From a virus (Duplodnaviria > Caudoviricetes), in the IMG/VR virus record IMGVR_UViG_3300025296_002997, positions 1-37,112 of that record: DNA of 37,112 nucleotides. One strand, 5' to 3'. This document shows positions 1 through 8,644 of the stretch, piece by piece. A program made the position numbers and the translations under genes. Below the pieces are notes generated by a model, which worked only from the letters and a program-made list of their open reading frames with translations, searched no databases and had not been told where the DNA came from. Every line of letters starts with the position of its first letter. The stretch's first letter is position 1.

Positions 1-1167
1 CTAAAGGTCTAGCTGCTTCTCGATGAGCGCTGGGATGTCCGGGCCGTCGCTGCGTATCCACTTACCATAGCGGCGCTGAATCATGGTGATCGTGGCGTGG
101 CCAACGTGATTGGAGATCCAGTGCAGTGGCACCACACCCAAGGAAAGCAGCTGGCTGATGAACGTGTGCCGACACTGGTTAGGGCCACGGTAGCGAACGC
201 CAGCGCGTTTAAGGTGGGTTTTCCAGAAGCGCTCACGAATGGCGTTCTCGTAGAAAGGCTCGTTGTTACGGGAATTTAAAAACACCAGGCGTAGCTTCTC
301 TTTTCGCACCGTCCGGTTATCCCGGTCGACCACCTCGTAAACACGCGGCTCCAGTTTGCCGGTGATGGCATACTGCGCCTGCAGCGCCTCCCGGGCAGGT
401 TTGAGCAGATGATGCACCCGGGTAGAGCGCTTGGTTTTCGTCACCTTGAAACGCCCCCGCACGACCGCCCGCCGATAGCGAATAATCCCCTTATCCACAT
501 CCAGTATGTCTTCCCAGGCAAGCGCCTGCGCCTCTGAAATGCGTGGCCCATCGAATAGGGCGAACTTGATCAGGTTCAACTCCTGCTCGCGTGTAGTTGG
601 CGTGTCCAGGATCAGCTTGATCTCGCTGCGCGTGAAAGGGTCGGGATCTTCATCATCCGGCAAGCGAATGGTGATGCCGCTGGTGGGGTCGAACGACTTC
701 TTATTGCGCGTGGCATAAAGCCGAAAGGTTTGCCGCATGATGCTGACGATCTCTTTGATCGTCTTGTTGGCCAGCGTGGCCGAGAGCTCCTTTTGAATCC
801 ACGACTGCAGCTCGATGTGGTCGATCGCATCCGCCTGCGCCTCGCCCCACTTCGGCCTGACGTGGGTTTCAGCCTTGGAAAGCACACCCCGGTAGCTGGA
901 GTACGCTAGCTCGTTTTTCTTGATGGCCAGCCAAAGATCCAGGTAGTGGCCGAAACGGTTCTCAGCCAGGCGTCTGGATTCAGGAAAGTGGCGAGCGTAG
1001 TCGAACGTGCCGGCCTCGATCTCGTAGTTGATGATGGTCGCCAAGCGCTTTGCATGTTCGATGTTTTTCTCAGTCGCTGCACCAGGCAGCGGCTCGCGGC
1101 ACAGCTCCCCCTCCCAGCGGAAATAGATGCGCACGGCGTTGCCGCGAACTTCAACCCCATCAGCCAT
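1..1167 (-). CDS. int: Tyrosine recombinase/phage integrase with N-terminal arm-binding domain
   Basis: GPRISEA (catalytic R), NQCRHTF (HxxR-like), VGH and RRYGKW (catalytic Y); N-terminal IRIYFRW..FDYARHFP arm-binding-type segment. Confidence 0.95.
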   Translation of the reverse strand: MADGVEVRGNAVRIYFRWEGELCREPLPGAATEKNIEHAKRLATIINYEIEAGTFDYARHFPESRRLAENRFGHYLDLWLAIKKNELAYSSYRGVLSKAETHVRPKWGEAQADAIDHIELQSWIQKELSATLANKTIKEIVSIMRQTFRLYATRNKKSFDPTSGITIRLPDDEDPDPFTRSEIKLILDTPTTREQELNLIKFALFDGPRISEAQALAWEDILDVDKGIIRYRRAVVRGRFKVTKTKRSTRVHHLLKPAREALQAQYAITGKLEPRVYEVVDRDNRTVRKEKLRLVFLNSRNNEPFYENAIRERFWKTHLKRAGVRYRGPNQCRHTFISQLLSLGVVPLHWISNHVGHATITMIQRRYGKWIRSDGPDIPALIEKQLDL

Positions 1168-1185
1168 GAAGCCCCCTTTGTTAAA

Positions 1186-1201
1186 CTGTAAATATAAACA
1201 G
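1186..1201 (-). promoter_or_regulatory. LexA (SOS) box upstream of integrase
   Basis: CTGT-AAATATAA-ACAG matches CTGT-N8-ACAG with an AT-rich spacer; 18 nt upstream of int ATG; overlaps a minus-strand TACACT -10-like hexamer (1205..1200). Confidence 0.85.
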
Positions 1202-1264
1202 TGTATTTCAGTTTGAAAGGGAGCGAAACGCCTTGCTTTCTTATACCGTTATTTTAGTCGATTG

Positions 1265-1290
1265 AATAAACCGCCGCGTAATGCGGCGGG
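1265..1290 (-). terminator. Probable intrinsic terminator between early operon and int
   Basis: Minus strand CCGCCGC-ATTAC-GCGGCGG followed by TTTATT. Confidence 0.6.
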
Positions 1291-1305
1291 AGAGGGAGGT
1301 GGCTA

Positions 1306-1527
1306 CTAGTCCATATTTTCGTTGATATCGTATTTGCGGATGAGTTCTCGGCACCGAGATAGCTCTTCTCTTAGGTGAGTTATCTCACGTATCAAGCTAG
1401 CCTCAGTTTGGGTTGGAGCCTGATTTCTCAAAGCGTTAAAGCTGGCGGATAAGCGGGCATGTTCCTCCTTAGTTAAAGGGCCTCGTAATGATTTTGCTAA
1501 GATCTGATCAATCGGATTGTTGCTCAT
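1306..1527 (-). CDS. Hypothetical protein (73 aa, helical/coiled-coil)
   Basis: ORF overlapping the upstream stop by ATGA; last gene of the early operon. Confidence 0.55.
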   Translation of the reverse strand: MSNNPIDQILAKSLRGPLTKEEHARLSASFNALRNQAPTQTEASLIREITHLREELSRCRELIRKYDINENMD

Positions 1528-1817
1528 AACTCACTTTTTAATTTTAAGCGCCATTGTTGGTACCGCTTACGAATAGCATAAAACATGCTTGCCGCACGAT
1601 GGTCATGATCCAACTCCACCCGGCTCTGGATCTGGCACGCAGCACAAAGCCAGTCGCGGGCGTCTTCGGTGTTGTGGGTGCCGTCGGGCAGCTGGCTCTC
1701 GGTCATGCCGTGCTTGGCGCGTCGGCGGCGGTCAAGGTAGAGCTGAAACTGCGCGTCCTGGCACAGCATGGCGGCTTGCCGGGCCAGCTTGCCGCCCTTG
1801 GGGCCGTTAGCGGCCAT
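1524..1817 (-). CDS. Hypothetical phage early protein (MAANGPKGG...)
   Basis: Start moved to ATG 1817, preceded by GAGGGGG; operonic overlap with neighbours; LC..C.I.SR.ELD segment. Confidence 0.7.
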   Translation of the reverse strand: MAANGPKGGKLARQAAMLCQDAQFQLYLDRRRRAKHGMTESQLPDGTHNTEDARDWLCAACQIQSRVELDHDHRAASMFYAIRKRYQQWRLKLKSEL

Positions 1818-2022
1818 GGCGCCCCCTCTGTTCGCGGATGCTTTGGCACTCGATGCACGTGGCCACCCAGGGCAGGGCATCGCGGCGGGCTTGGGGGATC
1901 TCGTGGCCGCAGTCTTCGCACTCTGGGTCTGGGTTGGGAATGCGCAGTGAAAGGCGGCTGCTGAGGGCGGCTTGCATGCGGCGCTCCATCAGATCGGCGG
2001 CGATATCGGCGTTGTCGGCCAT
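1807..2022 (-). CDS. TraR/DksA C4-type zinc-finger protein
   Basis: MAD.AD.A..; CEDCGHEIPQARR..P...TCIECQ. Confidence 0.9.
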   Translation of the reverse strand: MADNADIAADLMERRMQAALSSRLSLRIPNPDPECEDCGHEIPQARRDALPWVATCIECQSIREQRGRHGR

Positions 2023-2024
2023 GG

Positions 2025-2438
2025 TTACTGCTCCTTCTGTTGCTCGATGGCGGCAAAGCGCTGCATTACTTGCTCACCGTTGTTCAGGTAGGTGTGGGGC
2101 TCATCGAAGGCGTAGATACTCCATTCGATCAGCGTGAGCGCCGCTGCCTGCAAGTCGCGGTCAATCACTCGCAGGCGCGTGGGATCGAGTGGCCAAGCGG
2201 TGCCGTTGTAAACAGAGAGCAGTACACGGCGGCAGTGGTGGCTTTGGCCGGAATCTCCATCGGCGACCTGCACAAGCCGCTGCAGGGCGTCTGGCCCTTG
2301 CTCATCGAGGCGGGTGCTCGTTTTATTGGCCTCTTCTTCGGCGGCGATCATGGCCTCCAGCGCTTCACGGTTGCGTTCGCGCAGGCGCTGGGTCACCAGG
2401 GGCATACTTGATTGAGTGGTCATCACAGGCTCCTTCAT
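2025..2438 (-). CDS. Hypothetical phage protein
   Basis: ATG 2438 overlaps the primase stop (ATGA); ALQRLVQVA.GDSGQS...R.LLS.YNG segment. Confidence 0.7.
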   Translation of the reverse strand: MKEPVMTTQSSMPLVTQRLRERNREALEAMIAAEEEANKTSTRLDEQGPDALQRLVQVADGDSGQSHHCRRVLLSVYNGTAWPLDPTRLRVIDRDLQAAALTLIEWSIYAFDEPHTYLNNGEQVMQRFAAIEQQKEQ

Positions 2439-5101
2439 GCTTGAAACACCCAGCACTTCACGCTGCCGCCGTTGAGGCGGACGCGGGAGTTCACGGTGCG
2501 GTTGGAATCGATAAACTTGCGGGTCTTGCTGGTCTTCAAATAGCGCTTCAGCTCGCGCAGTTCGGGGGTGCGCAGCTTGTACTCGGCGCAGGTGCGCTCG
2601 AAGTCTTTGAGGTTCACGGCGATGTGCTCGCTGCCCTTGCCGTAGTGGTTCAGCTGAGGCTCATCGCGCAGGCCTTCGATGTAGTCGAAGGCTTCCCAAA
2701 ATTCGGCCACCATCGGGTGGTCGGCGTTGATGGATTGCTGCCGCTCGCGGGCCATCTGCTCCACCATGCCATTGGCCATATCGATGGTTTGCTGGTCGAA
2801 CAGCCCCAAGCCCTCCGGCCCCAGGCACTCCACCAACGCCATCAGCTGGCCGTGGCACTTGGCGATGCGCAGCACCTTGATATCCGGGTCGTCGGCCAAG
2901 CGGTCGGCGTAGTGGCGGGCGCGCTGGGTGATGGTGGCCAGCAGCGCGGCTTCCCGCTGGGCCACGGCCAGGGCGAATTGGCTCACGTGCTCTAGCTCGG
3001 TACGCTCCAGCGCCTCGGCCAGCGCTTTGGTGGTTTTGTTCTGGCCTTCCCGGGTGAAATGCAGGTGGCAGATACGGGTCTGAATGGCTTCGCCCGCCTG
3101 CACCGGGGCGTTCTGGCTAATCACGATGCTGCCGCGAAAGGGCGGCTCGTAGGTGTCGTTGCCTGAGTTCTTCACGCCACGGGCGCGGATCGAGCGGCCG
3201 TTAAAGGCGGTTTTCAGCTCATCCCAATCGAACTGCTTCTGCTTGGCACCGCCTTCCTGCTCGCGGTCGGATTCGATCAGCACCACCGGCAGGTTGCTCA
3301 CCTGGGCAAAGTTACGGCTGCGGGCGGGCATGGTGGCCTTGCTGGGGTCGAAGCCTTCATAGTCGCGCCGGCCGCACAGCTTCCAGAGGAACTCGATCAG
3401 CGTGGACTTACCCGCGCCCGCTTCGCCCACAATCTCCAAAAACGGGAAGCTGCCCATTTCGGCACGGATCTGCTCGGCCAGCAGGCTGCCCATCCAGTAC
3501 GCCAATGCCACCACGCCCCGGGAGCCAAACGCGCCCAAGAGCTGCTGTGTCCACTCGGTGCTGAACGCTTTACGGTCAGGGTTGATGTGCAGCGCTACGG
3601 ATTGGCTCAGGGTTTTCAACTGGCGGCGGGGGCCAAGCTCGAAAAAGTCCTCGCTGTTGATCGGCACCACCTTGCCACCGGCCACGGCAAGATCGCCGAA
3701 CACATAGGCGCCGTGCTCCTTGCTGTAGCCGATGAAGTCGATGGTCTCGACGGTTTTGATGTTGCCGATCTGGTCCTGCAGCAGGCTATCGAGCTGCTGG
3801 CTGGTACCTGTCCACACCGCGCCAGGCGCAATGCCCAGCAGGCGCTTTTTGTACTCAGAGGCAGAGGCCAACTGGCCGCCGCTGAAGGTGTTCTTGATCG
3901 GCGGGCGACCGTCGGGAAACTCCACGCGGTAGTAGTACCAGCTCTCATCGGTCACCGCGTTGGCCTGGTAATACAGCGCTGTGGGGAAACAGGTGCAGAT
4001 GCGCTTCACGCTGCCGGACTGCTCCAGCGCCGCATCGCGCAGGGCGGGGTCGATCTGCCGCTGGTCTTCGCCATCCAGCCCATCGGCGCGCAGGGCGCGG
4101 TCGAAGGCGTCCATGTCCAGCTTCCACCACCACAGCTGGCGTTTGAACTCGAACCAGAACTCCCGCTGTTCACGGCGCTTGTACATCAACAGCGCCTTCG
4201 CCATGGCCGTGGGGGCCAACAGCAGGTCGCCGTGGTAGCGGTAGGTTTCCTGGTGTTTCTCGGTTAGCTCGCCGCGCTGGTGGGCGTCGTTCCAGTCGTG
4301 GCCACCGTGGGGGATCTGCGCCGCGTGGCACTCCCAGCCTGCGGCCCGGGCGCGCTTCACATGCTTATGGGTGGCGTTATGGCCAGCGCGGTTGTTATCC
4401 AGCGCCCATACCAACGTAGGGCGGCTGGTGCCTGCCTTATGCGCCGCCTCGGAAAGGGCGTTCAACGCCTCGTCGGGGTAGTTGGCGCAGCTCATGGCGG
4501 AAACCGCCGCAATGCCGTGGTGGTAAAGGGCGATCGCATCGAAGATGCCTTCTACAATCCACACTTCCTCAGCCGCTACTAAGTCAGCGGCGGTGAGTGC
4601 AGGCGGGCACCACCACTGGCCTTTGTAGCGGCCAACGAAATTGGCCTTCTGCTTGCCGAAGCGCTCCGGGTTATCCAGCAGGCGCTCCCAGTAAGCGCCG
4701 CCGGGAAGCTGAAAGCGCACGGTGGCGGTGCCGCCTATCTCCGGCTTCCAGTAGCTCTCCTGGGTGTACCAGCCCTGAAGGCGGGAAAGCTCGAAGCCCC
4801 GGCCATCGCGCAGGTAGCCATCGGCCACCGGCGTGGTGGAAGTCGGTTTCTCGTTGGCTTTCGGGCTGTAGCGCTCGCTCCAGGATCGGAACAGATCCGG
4901 GAACAGCGCTTTGATGTGGATTTGCGCGCCACAGTTGTTTTCCCGCCCGCATTTCAGCATCCACGGCGCGTCGGTGTTGATGTACGCCTCGCGCTTACCG
5001 CACTCCGGGCAGCGCACCCGTTGCAGGTAGGGGCCGCGCTCAATCGCCTCAAAATCGCTGATTAAGCGCGTAACAATGTCCTGGCGCAGCGATGAATTCA
5101 C
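2435..5101 (-). CDS. Replication protein: Zn-finger + TOPRIM primase + P-loop helicase (P4 alpha-like domain order)
   Basis: CPECG..C....C, IVEGIFDAIA, ALDN, DWND, Walker A GEAGAGKS; GTG start at 5101 after AAGGAGG. Confidence 0.88.
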   Translation of the reverse strand: MNSSLRQDIVTRLISDFEAIERGPYLQRVRCPECGKREAYINTDAPWMLKCGRENNCGAQIHIKALFPDLFRSWSERYSPKANEKPTSTTPVADGYLRDGRGFELSRLQGWYTQESYWKPEIGGTATVRFQLPGGAYWERLLDNPERFGKQKANFVGRYKGQWWCPPALTAADLVAAEEVWIVEGIFDAIALYHHGIAAVSAMSCANYPDEALNALSEAAHKAGTSRPTLVWALDNNRAGHNATHKHVKRARAAGWECHAAQIPHGGHDWNDAHQRGELTEKHQETYRYHGDLLLAPTAMAKALLMYKRREQREFWFEFKRQLWWWKLDMDAFDRALRADGLDGEDQRQIDPALRDAALEQSGSVKRICTCFPTALYYQANAVTDESWYYYRVEFPDGRPPIKNTFSGGQLASASEYKKRLLGIAPGAVWTGTSQQLDSLLQDQIGNIKTVETIDFIGYSKEHGAYVFGDLAVAGGKVVPINSEDFFELGPRRQLKTLSQSVALHINPDRKAFSTEWTQQLLGAFGSRGVVALAYWMGSLLAEQIRAEMGSFPFLEIVGEAGAGKSTLIEFLWKLCGRRDYEGFDPSKATMPARSRNFAQVSNLPVVLIESDREQEGGAKQKQFDWDELKTAFNGRSIRARGVKNSGNDTYEPPFRGSIVISQNAPVQAGEAIQTRICHLHFTREGQNKTTKALAEALERTELEHVSQFALAVAQREAALLATITQRARHYADRLADDPDIKVLRIAKCHGQLMALVECLGPEGLGLFDQQTIDMANGMVEQMARERQQSINADHPMVAEFWEAFDYIEGLRDEPQLNHYGKGSEHIAVNLKDFERTCAEYKLRTPELRELKRYLKTSKTRKFIDSNRTVNSRVRLNGGSVKCWVFQA

Positions 5102-5262
5102 GCTCGCCTCCTTATTTAACAAATGGATGGGGCTGGGCTTGGGGCTAGATCACGGCACCGGCGGGGCCGTGGGTGCCCCCTTTCGGCCGGGCATAACACA
5201 CAGGCCGAAAGGGGCGTGGTGGCCGTGGGGGCCTTGGGTGATGGGCTGCTCTCTGCATTGTC

Positions 5263-5547
5263 TTAACCCTCATAACGTTCGTCGTTGGCGGCTGGGCGGG
5301 TAATGTCTAATTGCATCTGCTGGATCAGGCGAGGCGCGAACGGCAGATCCACCCGGGCGTTGGGGATATCGCTGGGGGTTAAAGTGTGCAGCACCTGAAA
5401 CCCCGCCTTGCCTCGAAAGCCGCACGCCACGTTGCGGCACTCCACTACCCCTTCGCGGTACACCGGCGTTAGCCCCTGGCTGTTGCGTACCCGCATGTTG
5501 TGGCCGCAATGGGGGCAGGGCATACGGTGCTTGGAAGCGGTCGACAT
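5263..5547 (-). CDS. ogr: Ogr/Delta-like zinc-finger late transcription activator
   Basis: CPHCG...R.S.......E...ECRNVACG; start 5547 overlaps the upstream TGA. Confidence 0.85.
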   Translation of the reverse strand: MSTASKHRMPCPHCGHNMRVRNSQGLTPVYREGVVECRNVACGFRGKAGFQVLHTLTPSDIPNARVDLPFAPRLIQQMQLDITRPAANDERYEG

Positions 5548-5747
5548 CAATGGTTTCTCCCTACCGGATAAAGGGCGCGGCCGCGGCCGGTGAGCCCTTG
5601 GGTGCCTTTGCGTAGCCGTCGCCGCAGTAGCCATTCGGCGGCGTCGTCCAGGCTGGTTAAATCCTGCTGTTCACATACCTGCTGCAGCGCGGCCTCTAGC
5701 TGGTCGTTCAGCGGAAGGCGTTCGCCGCGTGCCGGTTGGTCAGCCAT
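5547..5747 (-). CDS. Hypothetical phage protein (66 aa)
   Basis: Operonic ORF with GAGGT RBS, coupled to ogr. Confidence 0.65.
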   Translation of the reverse strand: MADQPARGERLPLNDQLEAALQQVCEQQDLTSLDDAAEWLLRRRLRKGTQGLTGRGRALYPVGRNH

Positions 5748-5785
5748 ACCTCAATGCTCCTTGAGGGCCTCAAAAAGCCCTGCCT

Positions 5786-5989
5786 TTACGACGCCTGCTG
5801 GGGCACAGTGCTAAGTGAGAGATCCGCAACGCCCAGCGTCTCTAGGGCTTCTTTCAGCACCAGTTGGCGCAGCAGCGATGCCCGCTCGATGCCGGTGTAA
5901 TCCACCAGCGCATCGATCAGTCGGGCCTCGTACTGATCCAGATTGAGAGCGGCGTAGCGGGTGCGCACACGTTTGGGGTCCTGGTACAT
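5786..5989 (-). CDS. Small phage DNA-binding-like protein (MYQDPKRVR...)
   Basis: AAGGA RBS; strand-helix-helix pattern like an RHH protein. Confidence 0.65.
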   Translation of the reverse strand: MYQDPKRVRTRYAALNLDQYEARLIDALVDYTGIERASLLRQLVLKEALETLGVADLSLSTVPQQAS

Positions 5990-6014
5990 GGCAAACATCC
6001 TTATGCAGGCAGGG

Positions 6015-6221
6015 TCATTCGGCATTCAGCGTGTCTTGGTCGTACTCGGCGATGCCGCGCAGCATGAGCATCCGCGCCGTGGCGGAGAGGGTGCGCATTT
6101 CCAGCTCGGCGATGCGCTTGAGTTCCTCCCGTTCGTCTTCGGTCACGTGGGCCATGATTGGGCAGTTGCAGCCCTTAGGGGCATAAATTGGCTTTGGGGC
6201 AATAGCGTTGGGCGTGGTCAT
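6015..6221 (-). CDS. Small RHH-like regulator (possible Cro/Cox analogue)
   Basis: IMAHVTEDEREELKRIAELEMRTLSATARMLMLRGI strand-helix-helix pattern; early-operon position. Confidence 0.6.
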   Translation of the reverse strand: MTTPNAIAPKPIYAPKGCNCPIMAHVTEDEREELKRIAELEMRTLSATARMLMLRGIAEYDQDTLNAE

Positions 6222-6276
6222 GGGTTAGGCTTCCCGAACGATGTGTTAGAGAGTGAAAGACTTAATCCGCAGCGCA

Positions 6277-6603
6277 TTAGCGCTCGTACAAGCGCACCAG
6301 CTTGCGCTGCAGGAAGTGCTCATCCATGTGGGTGCGCAGTTCGCACAAGGCGTCTTCCACCTGCTCAAACGGCGCGTTTTGGGCCAGCATCGTGGCAGCG
6401 AGCTGGCTCACCGCCTGGGCGGTGGTGCGCTCTTCCAGCGCTTCGAGATCGGCCAGTGGGTTGGGCTTCTCCGTGCCCTGGCGCAGCGCCGTTTCAATGG
6501 TGCGGCGGGTACGTGGCGAACAGCGGTCCAGGTTCACTTCCACCCCGCGAAACAGCACGGTGGGGGAAGGCGGCAAGATGATCGTGGCAATAATGGTGAC
6601 CAT
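6277..6603 (-). CDS. Hypothetical protein, first gene of the leftward early operon
   Basis: AAAGGAA RBS before ATG 6603; divergent from the repressor. Confidence 0.6.
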   Translation of the reverse strand: MVTIIATIILPPSPTVLFRGVEVNLDRCSPRTRRTIETALRQGTEKPNPLADLEALEERTTAQAVSQLAATMLAQNAPFEQVEDALCELRTHMDEHFLQRKLVRLYER

Positions 6604-6652
6604 GGCAGTGGTTCCTTTTGCATGTGTATCGAAGTGAAAGACATAAACAGAA

Positions 6653-6671
6653 TGGTACCGAATGGTTTCCA
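6653..6671. promoter_or_regulatory. Putative repressor operator in the divergent switch region
   Basis: TGGTACCGAATGGTTTCCA; 18/19-identical inverted copy at 6882-6900. Confidence 0.55.
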
Positions 6672-6693
6672 TGTCAAGAGTTGTGAGGTCTAA

Positions 6694-7359
6694 ATGGTTT
6701 CATTGGGTGAAAGGCTACGCGAGGAAAGGGAGCGGCTGGGGATGTCACAAACCCAGTTTGGTGACCTTGCCCAAGTAACTAAGAAGACGCAGATGCTCTA
6801 TGAAGGGGACCAAAGAAGCCCAAAAGCCGACTATCTGACGGCAATTGCTTCTCAGGGAGTAGACGTTCAATACGTGCTCACTGGAAACCGTTCGGTACCA
6901 GAGTCCCAGCCTTTAGGCTTGCCGGTAACCGAACCTGGGCCAGAGCTTTCGCCGGTGCTGATGTACGACATTGAAGCGGCAGCGGGCGCTGGCCGAAGCT
7001 TTGAGGGCGAGCCGGTAAAAACCACACTGTACTTTTCCAGCTCAGAGCTAGCGGAGCAGGGACTCGACCCTGCGCAAGTGGTGGGCGTTAAGGTGCGAGG
7101 CGACTCAATGCTTGGGACGCTAGACGATGGCGACTGGGTATTGGTAGATCGCAGCAACCGCGATCCGAAGCAGGAAGGTGTGTTTCTACTGCTAGTAAGT
7201 GGTGAGCGGAGAATTAAACGAGTACAGCGCCTGGCGGGCGGGGCGCTGTATTTGATCAGTGACAATGACCACTATCAGCCTGAGATGATCAAACCGCAGG
7301 ATATGCACGATGTGGAGATTCTGGGGCGGTGTGAGATTCGGATTGGGCGGGTGGTGTGA
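6694..7359 (+). CDS. CI-like repressor, XRE HTH + S24 autopeptidase
   Basis: LGERLREERERLGMSQ HTH; AAG cleavage site; GDSM catalytic Ser; IKRV catalytic Lys. Confidence 0.92.
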   Translation: MVSLGERLREERERLGMSQTQFGDLAQVTKKTQMLYEGDQRSPKADYLTAIASQGVDVQYVLTGNRSVPESQPLGLPVTEPGPELSPVLMYDIEAAAGAGRSFEGEPVKTTLYFSSSELAEQGLDPAQVVGVKVRGDSMLGTLDDGDWVLVDRSNRDPKQEGVFLLLVSGERRIKRVQRLAGGALYLISDNDHYQPEMIKPQDMHDVEILGRCEIRIGRVV

Positions 7360-7534
7360 GTGTAAAACCATAAATAAGAAATCCTGGTTTTGTGCTTTTA
7401 GGCTAATTAATGAAGTTTTTAGTTGGGCTTTAAAAGCTCTTTATTTTTTGGTAGTGGTGGTTGTAGATTTGTAGTTAATTTTTTCTATCGATTTTGAGTT
7501 TTTGATTAAATAAAATGGGTCGGAGTTTTTTCTG

Positions 7535-8644
7535 ATGAGTGAAAAGAGCGAAATCAAAATGATAGATGTAGAAATGCTACATCTTGATTTTAAAAATCCC
7601 AGGCTTCCCTCGAATCTGACAAGGACTGAAAGAGCTATATTAAAGTATATAGCGAGCACAACAAGTCTTGAGGATCTGATGGAGGCCATAGCAAAGAATG
7701 GCTTTTTTCCAGGTGAGCCTTTAGTGGCTGTTGAGGAGGATGGGAAACTAATTGTAGTTGAGGGTAATAGGCGTTTATCAGCTGTTAAGCTATTGAATGA
7801 TCCAGAACAAATAGAGAATCCAGGACGGCTGATACGTTCTATTTCAGATGCTGCAGAAAAGATATCAGAGCTGCCAGTTGTCGTGAAAAGCTCTCGTGCC
7901 GAAGTTCTGCCATATTTAGGTTTCAGGCATATCACTGGTGTGAAACAATGGGAGCCATTATCAAAAGCTAGATATATGAGGGAGCTTTTTACTCTAACCT
8001 CCCCTGAAGATGAACCAAGTGAAAGGTACAAACAAGTTGCTCGTATGATCGGCTCGCGTAGCAATCATATCAAGCGTAGCTTGGATGCTTTGGCAGTTTA
8101 TGAAAATATTGAAAGAGAAGATTTTTATGATATACCAGGGCTTGACGAAGAAAGTATAAAATTTGCAGTTCTATCGACAGCTTTAGCAGATGAAAGAATA
8201 GCTGCTTTTGTTGGGACTCAGAAGAAAGAAGGTAATGGTGAGTCTAATCATACACATCCTATAATTGATCCTAAATCTTTGTCTTCAACAAGTATCAAGG
8301 ATTTAACTAATTGGTTGTATAGGAAAAACGAAAGTGGAGTTACTAGAGTAGGTGAGTCCAGGAATTTAAAACGTTTAGGGTCTGTTCTTGAATCAGAGAA
8401 AGCTAAAAAAGCATTCATGAGTGGTAGTTCTTTAGAGTATGCCTTCCGGCTCTCGAAAGGATCTGAAGAAGAGTTTATGGAATATCTTTATACTGCTCAG
8501 GCTGCGCTGGCTCAAGCTGCAAGTCTAGTTGCTAATATAGACTTTTCTGAACAGGCATTAGAAGTTTCAAAAGAAATAAGAAGTAGTGTTAGCTTGATAG
8601 GGAAAACTCTGTCTTCAAAAAGAGTAGATGATGATGACTTTTGA
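7535..8644 (+). CDS. ParB/Srx-like N-terminal domain protein with following HTH
   Basis: L.LD.KNPR, EPLVAV....IVVEGNRRLSAVKLL (GxRR NTP motif), YKQVARMIGSRSNHIKRSL HTH-like; AT-rich. Confidence 0.85.
   Translation: MSEKSEIKMIDVEMLHLDFKNPRLPSNLTRTERAILKYIASTTSLEDLMEAIAKNGFFPGEPLVAVEEDGKLIVVEGNRRLSAVKLLNDPEQIENPGRLIRSISDAAEKISELPVVVKSSRAEVLPYLGFRHITGVKQWEPLSKARYMRELFTLTSPEDEPSERYKQVARMIGSRSNHIKRSLDALAVYENIEREDFYDIPGLDEESIKFAVLSTALADERIAAFVGTQKKEGNGESNHTHPIIDPKSLSSTSIKDLTNWLYRKNESGVTRVGESRNLKRLGSVLESEKAKKAFMSGSSLEYAFRLSKGSEEEFMEYLYTAQAALAQAASLVANIDFSEQALEVSKEIRSSVSLIGKTLSSKRVDDDDF

Noticed and set aside
7441-8064. 207-aa minus-strand ORF
   Set aside because: Antisense shadow of the ParB-like gene, with no motifs
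7535-8644. ParB as a plasmid-prophage partition gene
   Set aside because: No ParA partner; the element has an integrase and att site; the gene is coupled to a nuclease-like ORF
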